A stretch of 32,861 nt of DNA from an uncultured Tepidisphaeraceae bacterium. Lineage in GTDB: Bacteria; Planctomycetota; Phycisphaerae; Tepidisphaerales; Tepidisphaeraceae. Below, in pieces: positions 1 to 9,064 of the stretch; the stretch's first letter is position 1; every line of letters starts with the position of its first letter. The translations under genes and the position numbers were made by a program. The DNA lies in the NCBI GenBank assembly GCA_964606625.1, contig CAZSJB010000001.1, positions 1 to 32,861 on the forward strand, written 5' to 3'. Under the pieces are notes generated by a model. That model saw only the letters and a program-made list of their open reading frames with translations, ran no database searches and was not told the DNA's origin.

Positions 1-231
1 ATGCTGCTGCACGCCGACCATGCCGACGATTTCGCCTTCGGGCGTCTCCGCCACCCAGAAATGGTTGCCCTCGGTCATGTAGGCAGCCTGGATGTTGTCG
101 ATGTCCAAACCGGTGTCGTTCTCAGCCAGTGTGCCGCCGATCAGACCCTCCACATAGAGCTTCTGACAGACATCCTGATCGCATGTCTGGAAGCTGCGGA
201 TATTAACAGGCAGATCCTTATTGGGAGCCAT
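1..231 (-). CDS. GNAT family N-acetyltransferase, N-terminal part (C-terminus lies beyond window start)
   Basis: Not in the ORF track because no stop lies in the window. My reverse-complement translation from ATG (229-231) is MAPNKDLPVNIRSFQTCDQDVCQKLYVEGLIGGTLAENDTGLDIDNIQAAYMTEGNHFWVAETPEGEIVGMVGVQQH. It is open to position 1. The FWVAE..GEIVGMVGV strand pair is typical of GNAT beta3-beta4. It competes with the + ORF 1..333, which has no recognisable features. Confidence 0.6.
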   Translation of the reverse strand, partial: MAPNKDLPVNIRSFQTCDQDVCQKLYVEGLIGGTLAENDTGLDIDNIQAAYMTEGNHFWVAETPEGEIVGMVGVQQH

Positions 232-383
232 CACCGCTATATTGTAACACTGTTATCCAGCCGCGACTACGCTATGCCAACAGGTGGCTCCTCACCGGAT
301 TCATCCCTTGGCAGGCGAACAGCGCGACAGTAGGGTACACTCCAGTCCATAGAAGAATCTGCGGTTTCGGGAAGGTCTATCCG

Positions 384-1061
384 ATGCAGGAATCGAGTAC
401 CAAGAAGATCTATGACATCCATTCGGTGTTCTATGACGCCACCTTCGGCCGGCTGGTCCGGCGTCGGATTGCCCGGGCAATCAGCCACATGAAGATTGCC
501 GACACCGATCGCGTGCTGGACCTGGGGATTGGTACCGGGGTCTCCTTGAATTACTATCCCAAGCGCGGCCGCATCTACGGCATTGACCTGTCCAGCGGTA
601 TGTTGCGCCAGGCCCGCAAGAAGATCATCGAACGAGGGCTGGATCACGCGCAGGTCTTCCAGGCCGATGCGCTATACCTGCCTTTTGCGGATGATTCATT
701 TGATCATGTCTTCATCAGCCACGTGATCAGCGTCGTCAGCGATCCCTATCGCCTGATCGCCGAAGCCCAGCGGGTTGCCAAACCGGGGGCGCGGATCGTA
801 CTGGTGAATCATTTCCAGTCGACCAACCGCTTCATCGCGATGGTTGAAAAATGGCTGTGTCCGTTGTGCACCCGCCTGGGGTGGCGCAGCGACCTTCGCC
901 TGAACGACCTGGTGCAGCGCACCGGCGTGCAGATCGACTATCGCTACAAGCTGGAGCAGATCGACCTGTGGGAGACGGTGGTGATCACCAACAACAAGTC
1001 GGCGGCCAGCCGGCTGGTCAAGGCGCAACCGTTCGCCGAACGCGAACTGGCGGCGGTGTAA
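384..1061 (+). CDS. Class I SAM-dependent methyltransferase (UbiE/PmtA-like; possibly a phospholipid N-methyltransferase)
   Basis: 225-aa ORF with an ATG start. It carries SAM-binding motif I, VLDLGIGTGVSL, followed by IYGIDLSSGMLRQARKK and a post-I acidic region (FQADALYLPFADDSFDHVF). The N-terminal IYD..SVFYDATFG resembles Rhodobacter-type PmtA. Confidence 0.85.
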   Translation: MQESSTKKIYDIHSVFYDATFGRLVRRRIARAISHMKIADTDRVLDLGIGTGVSLNYYPKRGRIYGIDLSSGMLRQARKKIIERGLDHAQVFQADALYLPFADDSFDHVFISHVISVVSDPYRLIAEAQRVAKPGARIVLVNHFQSTNRFIAMVEKWLCPLCTRLGWRSDLRLNDLVQRTGVQIDYRYKLEQIDLWETVVITNNKSAASRLVKAQPFAERELAAV

Positions 1062-1172
1062 CGAGAGAACGCCACGCACAGTCTGCCGGATAACGTGGCC
1101 AAGGTGGCGTGCAACGGAGAGAGTCCGTCATGCCCTACCACCGGAATGCTCGCGCTGATCAGAGCTCTTGCC

Positions 1173-2369
1173 TTACAAGTCCTTGGGCAAAAGTAACTCG
1201 TAGACATCGCAGTTGCCGCCGCGGTCGGAAGTGAAGACGAGACTTCGGCCGTTGGGATTGAGCAGCGGGTGGACGTGGGCATCCTGGTTGCGCATGGATG
1301 AATCATGACGGCACAGCACACGCAGCCGTCGATCGGGGGGAGCGGCAGGATCAGCCAGGGCGATGGTGCCGTCGGTGCGGTCGATGAAGAATCGCCGGCC
1401 ATCGGCTGCGGGCGTGGCGTGAACGAAACCGATTCCTTCCAGCGTCAATTCTTCCAGCAGGGCTCCTTCCCAGGTACGGGCTGCGATGAAGGGTCGCTGG
1501 TTGCGCCGGCCGTGGTAGATGATGCGATCGCCCGCGGGCGCCCAGTTTTCGTGAGTGCGGCATTCGTCAGGATCTTCCGGGGCCAGAGGACGATAGCTTC
1601 CATTGGGTTCCAGGCACCAGACGCGATCGGGAAGCGGTCGCCTGAGATTTGCATCCTGCCCCTCGCGGTTGAAGATGATCCGGCCGCTGCCGGCGGGGTC
1701 AAACTGCACATGGGTGACCCAGAAGGGCACTTCCGCGGCAACACTCGTCGCGCCGGTGGTGGTGTCGATCAGGTAGATCCAGCTCTTGAGCCCCATCTCC
1801 TGCATGCGGGTCGGCACGCGCTTTAACTGCACGTATTGATCGCCATCGGCATCGTCGAAGGCGCGGCTGTCTGTGCAGGGTACGCAAAGCGTGCGGCCAT
1901 CCGGCGAGACATGCGTGAACGCGGTGTAGGCATTCTCAGGCAGTTCGAAGAGCACCTGCGGGCTGGTGGATGGATCATCCAACTGCGCGCAGCAGACCGA
2001 TCGGTCCTGGATGTAGTAAAGCCGGTTGTGTGCCGCGTCGAGGCAGGGCGAAGCCTTGCTCAGCCCACTGTAGCCGCCGTACGGATAGACGTAGCTGCGT
2101 AGCAGGCCGGCTGTGTTGGACGTCACCCGGCGGATCGACCCGCCGTCGTGCCGGTCAATCACGTACAGGTTCGGATGACCATCCCGATCGGAGATGAAGG
2201 CCAGCCACTTATCATCAGCGGTCACGCTGGGGCTGGTGAAATACAGATGCTGATCTGTTCCCGCAGATGCGGTCCAGCGGATGATCCGGGCGCCTGTCAG
2301 CGGGTCGGTGATTTCACTGCGTTCCGAGGGCCATTGTCCTGATGACTGCTGCAAAGAGGTAGCCGGCAT
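1173..2369 (-). CDS. Oligogalacturonate lyase family / TolB-like beta-propeller protein
   Basis: 398-aa ORF. The N-terminus ITDPLTGARIIRWT...HLYFTSPSVTADDKWLAFISDRDGHPNLYVIDRHDGGSIRRVTSN matches the PD40/Ogl-type propeller pattern. A C-terminal repeat reads RSLVFTSDRGGNCDVYELLL. Confidence 0.75.
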   Translation of the reverse strand: MPATSLQQSSGQWPSERSEITDPLTGARIIRWTASAGTDQHLYFTSPSVTADDKWLAFISDRDGHPNLYVIDRHDGGSIRRVTSNTAGLLRSYVYPYGGYSGLSKASPCLDAAHNRLYYIQDRSVCCAQLDDPSTSPQVLFELPENAYTAFTHVSPDGRTLCVPCTDSRAFDDADGDQYVQLKRVPTRMQEMGLKSWIYLIDTTTGATSVAAEVPFWVTHVQFDPAGSGRIIFNREGQDANLRRPLPDRVWCLEPNGSYRPLAPEDPDECRTHENWAPAGDRIIYHGRRNQRPFIAARTWEGALLEELTLEGIGFVHATPAADGRRFFIDRTDGTIALADPAAPPDRRLRVLCRHDSSMRNQDAHVHPLLNPNGRSLVFTSDRGGNCDVYELLLPKDL

Positions 2370-2377
2370 GAGATCCT

Positions 2378-2407
2378 ATCATAGCCCGAATTGGGCGCAG
2401 GTGTAAA
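2378..2407 (-). promoter_or_regulatory. Candidate sigma70-type promoter for the propeller gene (TTTACA-18 nt-TATGAT), implying a leaderless or very short-leader mRNA
   Basis: On the minus strand the sequence reads TTTACA (2407-2402), an 18-nt spacer, TATGAT (2383-2378), then 8 nt (aggatctc) before the ATG at 2369. Confidence 0.4.
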
Positions 2408-2455
2408 CTTTGACACCATCTACTGATACGGATTGACTGCTGTTCAGGGGACGGA

Positions 2456-3721
2456 TCAGAACGGGGGCTGCTTATCAATCAGGTGATAGCGGAGCAGTGA
2501 CAACGCCATCTTGGCGCTGCGGTCGCGGATCATTTCCCGGTCGCCGCTGAAGATAAACGTGCGGGCGGTGCAGGCATCCGCCGTGGCCAGGGCGATACAG
2601 ACTGTGCCCACGGGCTTTTCAGCCGTGCCGCCGCTGGGGCCGGCGATACCGGAGATGGCCAAGGCGTAATCGGCTGCCGCCCGAGTGCGGGCATTTTCAG
2701 CCATGGCGCGAACCGTCGGTTCACTGACGGCGCCATGCTCGCGCAGTGTGTCAGCGGGAACGTCAAGCTGCTCGATTTTGGCTTCGTTGGAATAGGTCAC
2801 CCAGCCAAGGCGATAGTAATCGCTCGAGCCGGGTATATCGGTCAGATATTTTGCCAGCAGGCCGCCCGTGCAGGATTCGGCGGTGGTTACGGTCTGTTGC
2901 CGTGATCGCAACATCTCACCGATGACTTCCGGCAACGTGCCACCGTCGGCTGCATAGATCAGATCACCCAGCGCATCGCGACAGGCGCGTTCGGTGTCAG
3001 CCAGTTCACGTTCCGCCTGTTCGCGGCTGGGCGCACGGGCATTGATCCGCAAGGAAACGATGCCGTGCGATACGGTTGTCCCTACCGACGGATTGCGCGA
3101 TCGCTTCATCAGGTCGCCCAGCATCTCGGCGATATTGCTTTCGCCCAGGCCGAAGGTGTGAAGCGTGCGTGAGAGAATTACGCCGCCGTTACCGCGTTCA
3201 CGCAGCAGCGGCAGGATCTCTCGCTCGAACATGATCATCATTTCTTTGGGCACGCCGGGCATGACGAAGATATCGACCGGCGGAGCGCCATCGCGATGGG
3301 CGGTGGCGTGGATGCCGGGGGCGGTGCCGGCGGTGTTGTTGATCAGTCGGGCGCCCGTTGGAATCATCGCCTGGACACGATTGGCAGCGGGCATGGGGCG
3401 GCCGCGATCGCGGAAGAAGGCTTCAAGGCGGGTGAGCCAGGATTCATTCAGTTCCAGCGGGACGTTGAGGACGGCTGCGAGCGCCTGGCGGGTGAGGTCG
3501 TCTTCGGTTGGCCCCAGGCCGCCCGTGACCAGGATCACATCCGCGCGGGGAATGGCGTGGCTGATCACCCGTTCAATGGCGGATTGATCGTCGGCTACGG
3601 TGAGGTGCATCGACACAGCAATCCCGATGCTGGCGAGCTGTCGCGCCAGCCAGGCCGTATTGGTGTCGACCGTCTGGCCGAGCACAAGTTCATCGCCGAT
3701 GGAGATAATGATGGCTTTCAT
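2456..3721 (-). CDS. cinA: CinA family protein (MoCF-type domain + nicotinamide-nucleotide amidohydrolase PncC domain)
   Basis: The track ORF is 2456..3949. I start at the internal ATG (3719-3721), giving MKAIIISIGDELVLGQTVDTNTAWLARQL, the canonical CinA N-terminus (421 aa). Motifs include TGGLGPTEDDLT and, in the C-terminal PncC domain, TTAESCTGGLLA. Confidence 0.9.
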   Translation of the reverse strand: MKAIIISIGDELVLGQTVDTNTAWLARQLASIGIAVSMHLTVADDQSAIERVISHAIPRADVILVTGGLGPTEDDLTRQALAAVLNVPLELNESWLTRLEAFFRDRGRPMPAANRVQAMIPTGARLINNTAGTAPGIHATAHRDGAPPVDIFVMPGVPKEMMIMFEREILPLLRERGNGGVILSRTLHTFGLGESNIAEMLGDLMKRSRNPSVGTTVSHGIVSLRINARAPSREQAERELADTERACRDALGDLIYAADGGTLPEVIGEMLRSRQQTVTTAESCTGGLLAKYLTDIPGSSDYYRLGWVTYSNEAKIEQLDVPADTLREHGAVSEPTVRAMAENARTRAAADYALAISGIAGPSGGTAEKPVGTVCIALATADACTARTFIFSGDREMIRDRSAKMALSLLRYHLIDKQPPF

Positions 3722-3873
3722 AAAGCCGACCATCCTAGAAAGAGTGGCGGGGGGACTCAATCCGCTTATCCATACTTTGCGGATGCCGATAGGAATCAAG
3801 CGTCGTGAAGCCAATTTTATGAGACTCAGGCCATCATTCCAGCTGTGCCGGTTTTGCTCCCGATAGAAACTGC

Positions 3874-4827
3874 GTGTCTTTGTCTCCGTCGCAACGTCGT
3901 TTGGTAATTCACGGCCACGCCGTCGAACTGGTGTGTGAGGTGCCGGCAATTACCGCCGAATGGGGGCGATGGCTGGGCGTGTTCCAGACCGAGGGCTGGC
4001 CGGAATCCGTCATCCCGGCGCGCGGCACCGTCGCTCCGTTTGAACCGGGCGATGTGATGCGCTGCGTCTCGCCCAATGCGGTTTCGGTCTACTATCCTGA
4101 GCAGATGCTCGACATCTACCGCGAGGGGGAGCAGTACTGGCTGGTGGATGACCGCTGGGGCATCTGCCACATCAACCTGCTAAAGCGAACCTGGAAAAGC
4201 TGGGTGATCGATCAGCCGCGGATCGATACGGTGCGCCTGCTCGAATGGACTCTCCACTGGCCGATGGCGCAAGTGCTGCGCGGCCAGGGATTGCACCTGG
4301 TTCCGGCTATCGGGATCAGCCGCGATGGATTCGCCATGCTGCTGATTGGCGAGATGTCGCTGACTGCCGAACTGCAGGCGCTGGCCAACGCCGGGTTCAA
4401 GATCATCGGTCAGCGATGGATTGCCCTGCGGGAAGAAGACGGTCGCGTCGGCATGCTCAGCATGCCCGGCATGGTTGAGCTGCCGATTCGCACTGAACCA
4501 CTGGCTCCGTTCCGCCGTGCAGCGCAATACGTTGACCTGCTCGATACGTTTTTGGGCGCGCACCAGCACCACGCATTCTGCGATGCAGTGGTGCTGGTTG
4601 AAGGAGGACGCCGCGGCCCTGCCGCGCTCCAGCAGCTTGACCCTGAGGCGGCTGCGGGAGCGGTGAGACGCGGATGGCCCATTGCCGAGTTGCACCCGGT
4701 GCGCGTCCAGGGGTTAGCGTATCGGCTGTCCACACTCAGCCCGGTTTTCAGCTTGCAGCTTTCCCGGGATCCAGCCGATGCCCTGCGGCTGCTGTCAAAT
4801 CTTCGTTATCAGCATATTTCCCGCTAA
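3874..4827 (+). CDS. Hypothetical protein; weak resemblance to HprK-C-like (P-loop kinase-like) family with a degenerate P-loop
   Basis: 317-aa ORF with a GTG start and coding-like GC3. The segment LHLVPAIGISRDGFAMLLIGEMSLTAELQALANAGFKIIGQRWIAL aligns by eye to the HAAAV..G.A.LL.GPSGAGKSTLAAAL...G..LLSDD pattern. GxxGxGKS is replaced here by GEMSLTAE. Confidence 0.55.
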   Translation: MSLSPSQRRLVIHGHAVELVCEVPAITAEWGRWLGVFQTEGWPESVIPARGTVAPFEPGDVMRCVSPNAVSVYYPEQMLDIYREGEQYWLVDDRWGICHINLLKRTWKSWVIDQPRIDTVRLLEWTLHWPMAQVLRGQGLHLVPAIGISRDGFAMLLIGEMSLTAELQALANAGFKIIGQRWIALREEDGRVGMLSMPGMVELPIRTEPLAPFRRAAQYVDLLDTFLGAHQHHAFCDAVVLVEGGRRGPAALQQLDPEAAAGAVRRGWPIAELHPVRVQGLAYRLSTLSPVFSLQLSRDPADALRLLSNLRYQHISR

Positions 4828-4860
4828 GGCAGGCCGCACTCCCGCGCTTCGCTGGAAAGC

Positions 4861-5325
4861 TCATCGTTCGTAAGTGCCGGTCAGGACGGCTTCCGCCAGG
4901 ATGTGACCTTTCATGGCTTGCAGCAGTCCTTTTTTGTCCAGCCCGGGATCCGCCTGGATCGGGGTGTCGAGCGCGTACAGGCGGAAGTGGTAATGATGCA
5001 CGCCATGCCCGCGCGGCGGCTCGGGGCCGTCGTAGCCGATGTCATCAAAGTCGGTTTTCCCCTGTGCGCCGATCGCGCCCCCGGGGACTGGTTTTTTGCT
5101 GACGCCTTCGGGCAGGCCACCGGCTTGCGGGTCGATCTTGTAAGCCACCCAATGGACAAACGGCTCAGCCGTCGGGGCATCCGGATCGTCGCAGATCAAC
5201 GCCAGTTCCACCGTATTCTCGGGCAGGTCTGACCAGGTCAATGCCGGTGACAAATTAGCGCCATCCCGCGTGTGCTGGACGGGGATTCGTTCGCCATGCT
5301 TGAAAGCAGTGCTTGTCAGTTCCAT
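4861..5325 (-). CDS. YbhB/YbcL family Raf kinase inhibitor-like (PEBP) protein
   Basis: The track ORF is 4861..5664. I start at the ATG 5323-5325 (MELTSTAFKHGERIPV...), preceded by AGGAGG on the minus strand. Motifs include ICDDPDAP, HWVAY and GPEPPRGHGVHHYHFRLYALD. Length is 154 aa, as expected for the family. Confidence 0.9.
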   Translation of the reverse strand: MELTSTAFKHGERIPVQHTRDGANLSPALTWSDLPENTVELALICDDPDAPTAEPFVHWVAYKIDPQAGGLPEGVSKKPVPGGAIGAQGKTDFDDIGYDGPEPPRGHGVHHYHFRLYALDTPIQADPGLDKKGLLQAMKGHILAEAVLTGTYER

Positions 5326-5600
5326 CCTTAAACCTCCTGTTCCTGATGGATGAGATGAATCAAGACCCTCATCAGCATACTCCAAATCGCGAATGAAAGA
5401 CCTGTTGAATGCAAGGCGGGGCTGTGACTGTGAGGGAAAATCGGATGTGAGGCGTTCTTCATTCATTTCCGCTGTCACTGGAAGCTCGCAAATGGTGTGA
5501 CACGGATTTTCAACGCGTGCTCCTGCCAGAGGCGTACGGGTTACAAACCCGTGGCCCAACGCTATTGGCAGACTCTCCGGATGACGGTGGGCGTATGCAG

Positions 5601-6284
5601 TTATGGCTGTTCGATCTTGTCTGGAAACGTTTCGCGAAGTTTCTTCAGCTTGGGCACCGCCCATTGCTGAATGTAGGGGTGGGTCGGGTTCTGCCGGGCA
5701 AAATCCTGGTGATACCCTTCAGCCGGGTAAAACGCTTCCAGCGGTTCAAGAGTCGTCACGATCTTCTTTGGGGCGAAGACCTTCGCCTCTTCAAGCTGTC
5801 GGATGTAAGCTTCGGCGACGCGTTTCTGCTCGTCGTTTTCGTAGAAAATGGCTGAGCGGTACTGGTCGCCCCAATCCGGACCCTGACGATCCTTGGTGGT
5901 GGGGTCGTGGGTGGCGAAGAAGACACGCAACAACTGGCCGTAGGTGATCTTTGACGGATTGTAGGTGATCTGGATGGCTTCGGCGTGTTTGGTCTGGCCG
6001 CTGGAGACTTTTTCATAGGTGGCGTTTTCGGCGGTGTCACCGGCGTAGCCGGATTGGACATCCATGACGCCATTGAGCTGTTCAAAGACAGCTTCAACGC
6101 ACCAGAAGCAGCCGCCGGCAAAAACAGCGGTGCGTTGCTGCTCTTCGCCTTCGGGAGCGGCGAGATCAACCGCAGGTTCGGGAAGATCGACGGCTGCGCG
6201 CAGCGGCCGCTCGCAGGACATGGCTGCCAGTCCAAGTAAAAACATGCTGAGGACTCCTGTAAGGGTTGATTGCATGGCGGTCAT
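5601..6284 (-). CDS. msrA: Peptide-methionine (S)-S-oxide reductase MsrA with N-terminal signal peptide
   Basis: 227 aa. It has the catalytic motif FAGGCFWCVEAVF, plus GYAGD and HDPTT. The N-terminal hydrophobic segment GVLSMFLLGLAAMSC precedes the catalytic domain. Confidence 0.92.
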   Translation of the reverse strand: MTAMQSTLTGVLSMFLLGLAAMSCERPLRAAVDLPEPAVDLAAPEGEEQQRTAVFAGGCFWCVEAVFEQLNGVMDVQSGYAGDTAENATYEKVSSGQTKHAEAIQITYNPSKITYGQLLRVFFATHDPTTKDRQGPDWGDQYRSAIFYENDEQKRVAEAYIRQLEEAKVFAPKKIVTTLEPLEAFYPAEGYHQDFARQNPTHPYIQQWAVPKLKKLRETFPDKIEQP

Positions 6285-6377
6285 TCTTTCAGTGGCACAC
6301 GATCATCCGCCTGTGATAGGTCGCCATTACACGGATTGGTAGCCCGTGCCACAATTCCGACTACACTCCGCATTCAG

Positions 6378-8924
6378 ATGATAGGCCTGCCGATCGATGA
6401 TGTACTGGAAAATGTGCTGGTGGAACTGCGACGGTCGCTGGCGCTGGTGCTGGTGGCGCCGCCGGGAGCGGGCAAGACCACGCGTGTGCCGCCGGCGATC
6501 CTGAAGTCCGGCCTGTTACCGGCGGATCATCCAAACATCGTGCTGCTTCAGCCGCGCCGCGTGGCGGCCCGGGCCGTGGCGATGCGCATTGCGGATGAAA
6601 ACGGCTGGGAAGTAGGCGGCGAGGTCGGCTATCACGTTCGCTTTGATCGCAGGATCTCGCGCCAGACGCGCCTGCGCGTGCTGACCGAGGGGATTCTCAC
6701 ACGGCAGTTGCTGGATGACCCGCTGCTGGAGGGGGTCGGCTGTGTAATTCTCGATGAGTTCCACGAGCGCAGTCTCAACACTGATCTGGCAATCGCACTG
6801 CTGCGCGAAGTCCAGGAAGCCCGCGATGATTTCAAGCTTGTGGTCATGAGCGCAACGCTCCAGGCCGATCCGGTCGCCCGGTACCTGGGCGGCTGCCCGA
6901 TCATCCACAGCAAAGGCCGGACCTTCCCGGTCGAGATTGAGCATCGCGCAGCCACCGGGGAGCCGCTGGAAGATCGTGTTGCCGCCGCGGTGGGTGATGT
7001 GGCCGATGACGGCGATACCCTTATCTTTCTGCCCGGCGTTGCCGAGATCAACCGCTGCATCGATGCACTGACCCCACTGGCGGATCGTGAAGGTCGCCTT
7101 CTTCTGCCGCTGCATGGTTCAATGCGTGTGGAAGATCAGGTGGCTGCCATCCGACCGGCGGATCGGCCCAAGATCATCTGCTCGACCAACATTGCCGAGA
7201 CCTCGCTGACGATCGAAGGCGTAACCACCGTGGTCGACAGCGGCCTGGCCCGCGTGGCGCGGTATGACCCGCAGCGCGGGCTGGATCGCTTGGAACTGTC
7301 GCGCATCAGCCAGGCCTCGGCCACCCAGCGGGCCGGCCGCGCGGGACGCGTTCGACCGGGGCGATGCGTGCGTCTTTACTCAGCCAATGATTTTGCCGCC
7401 ATGCAGCCGTTTGATACCCCGGAGATCGCGCGCGTCGACCTGGCGCAGACGGTGCTGGCGCTGCATGCGTGGGGCCGGCCCGATCCCCGCGATTTCGGCT
7501 GGTATGAAGCGCCGCCCGAACCAGCCATCGCTGCTGCGGAGCGACTCCTGGCCATGCTCGGAGCGCTCGACGATGAATCTGGCGGGCGCATCACCGAACT
7601 GGGGCGGCAGATTCTCGCTTTGCCGGTGCATCCCCGGCTGGCGCGCCTGCTGCTGGCCGCCGCCGAGGTCGGAATGCTCGACACCGGTGCAGCCATCGCC
7701 GCGCTGTTGTCCGAGAAAGACATCTTCATCCCGCAACGGGCTGACCACGATGCCATCGCAACGTCGCAGCAGCAGGGAGATTCTGATCTACTGGTACGAT
7801 TGGACGCCTTGGAAAATCGGTTGCGCCGGGATCTGGATCGCACCGCCGTTCGGCAGGTGCTGCGCGCCAAGGAAGAACTGTTGCGAATCGCGGGAAGTCG
7901 TGGCACGGGCACCCCGCACGGGCGAAGTCCAAATGCACATTCAGAACGTCCGTGCCACCATCAGTTGCTCAAATTGCCACTGCTGGCGTATCCCGATCGG
8001 GTCTGCCGACGGCGGGGCGATTCGGAGACGGGTGTGATGGTAGGGGGTAGCGGGGTGCGAATTGCGCGGGAATCGGTCGTGCGCCAGGGAGCGTTCTTTG
8101 TCGCGCTCGACGCCCGCCAGGATGCGCGCAGTCAGCGCAGCGAGGCGCTGGTGCACATCGCCAGCCGTATCGAGGAAGCATGGCTGGAAGAGCTCTTTCC
8201 TCATGTTGTGCGCACCGAGCAGTCCGCCGAGTTTGATCCCCAGCGCCAGCGCGTGGTCGGGGTGATGCGCGTCTGGTATCGGGATCTGCTGCTGCGCGAG
8301 CAAAGCGGCATTGCCGTGGACGATGCAACAGCCGAAAAGGTGCTTGCCCGGGCGGTGCGCGAGCGGGCACGGGAGATTGTTGAGGCGGACCAGGCGGCTG
8401 AGCGGTTTCTGCGACGTACCGCCTTTTTGCGAAAGCATTTGCCGGAGGGCGGCTGGCCCATGTTCGATGACGAGCAGCTGGGCGAGTTGCTTGCCTCAGC
8501 TGCGGTCGGTCGGCGAAGTGTCGATGAGATTCGCCAGTCCGGGCTGGTGGGTTTGCTGCAATCCGCTATGCCTTACGCGCTTTTGCGACGGATGGATGCC
8601 GAAGCGCCGGAGACGATCACCGTTCCCAGCGGCAGCCGCATTCGTGTTGATTACGGCGCCGATCCGCCGGTTCTGGCGGTCCGATTGCAGGAAATGTTTG
8701 GGCAGGCGGAAACCCCGCGGTTGGCTGGCGGTCGGATTCCGTTGGTGTTGCACCTGCTGGGGCCGAATTTCCGGCCGGTGCAGATCACGACTGATTTGGC
8801 CAGCTTCTGGCAGAATACCTATCCGCAGGTTCGCAAGGATTTGCGATCTCGCTATCCCAAGCACGCCTGGCCGGAAGATCCTCTGACCGCACCCCCACAG
8901 GCCAAGGGGGGACGTCGCAGATAA
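6378..8924 (+). CDS. hrpB: ATP-dependent RNA helicase HrpB (DEAH-box family)
   Basis: The track ORF starts at 6270. I start at ATG 6378 (MIGLPIDDVLENVLVEL). Motifs are Walker A APPGAGKTT, DEFHERS, SATL, TNIAETSLTIEGV and QRAGRAGR. The C-terminal HrpB_C-like region reads VPSGSRIRVDY...RYPKHAWPEDP. Confidence 0.92.
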   Translation: MIGLPIDDVLENVLVELRRSLALVLVAPPGAGKTTRVPPAILKSGLLPADHPNIVLLQPRRVAARAVAMRIADENGWEVGGEVGYHVRFDRRISRQTRLRVLTEGILTRQLLDDPLLEGVGCVILDEFHERSLNTDLAIALLREVQEARDDFKLVVMSATLQADPVARYLGGCPIIHSKGRTFPVEIEHRAATGEPLEDRVAAAVGDVADDGDTLIFLPGVAEINRCIDALTPLADREGRLLLPLHGSMRVEDQVAAIRPADRPKIICSTNIAETSLTIEGVTTVVDSGLARVARYDPQRGLDRLELSRISQASATQRAGRAGRVRPGRCVRLYSANDFAAMQPFDTPEIARVDLAQTVLALHAWGRPDPRDFGWYEAPPEPAIAAAERLLAMLGALDDESGGRITELGRQILALPVHPRLARLLLAAAEVGMLDTGAAIAALLSEKDIFIPQRADHDAIATSQQQGDSDLLVRLDALENRLRRDLDRTAVRQVLRAKEELLRIAGSRGTGTPHGRSPNAHSERPCHHQLLKLPLLAYPDRVCRRRGDSETGVMVGGSGVRIARESVVRQGAFFVALDARQDARSQRSEALVHIASRIEEAWLEELFPHVVRTEQSAEFDPQRQRVVGVMRVWYRDLLLREQSGIAVDDATAEKVLARAVRERAREIVEADQAAERFLRRTAFLRKHLPEGGWPMFDDEQLGELLASAAVGRRSVDEIRQSGLVGLLQSAMPYALLRRMDAEAPETITVPSGSRIRVDYGADPPVLAVRLQEMFGQAETPRLAGGRIPLVLHLLGPNFRPVQITTDLASFWQNTYPQVRKDLRSRYPKHAWPEDPLTAPPQAKGGRRR

Positions 8925-9064
8925 TGTGAGGGGCGGCGAGAAACTGGAACTTCCCTGCCTACAATCCCTCTTGTCCTGGCCAGCCGCCGGGTAGCTGGTC
9001 GTGTCGCTGGAGGGTGTCGTCCTTGACACATCCCTCAGCCGTCGCTGAAGATACCGCAGATCGT

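Noticed and set aside
1-333. 110-aa + strand ORF at the window start
   Set aside because: The opposite strand gives a clean GNAT N-terminus with an ATG at 231 and an open frame to the window edge. The + ORF has no recognisable features.
5536-5552. 7-bp hairpin ACGGGTT-aca-AACCCGT downstream of msrA as a terminator
   Set aside because: It has a short stem, a 3-nt loop and no U-tract on the relevant (minus) strand. This is insufficient to call a terminator.
9023-9028. TTGACA upstream of the GATase gene as a promoter
   Set aside because: There is no convincing -10 element at the proper spacing. It was used only as weak support for preferring the ATG at 9065 over the GTG at 9014.
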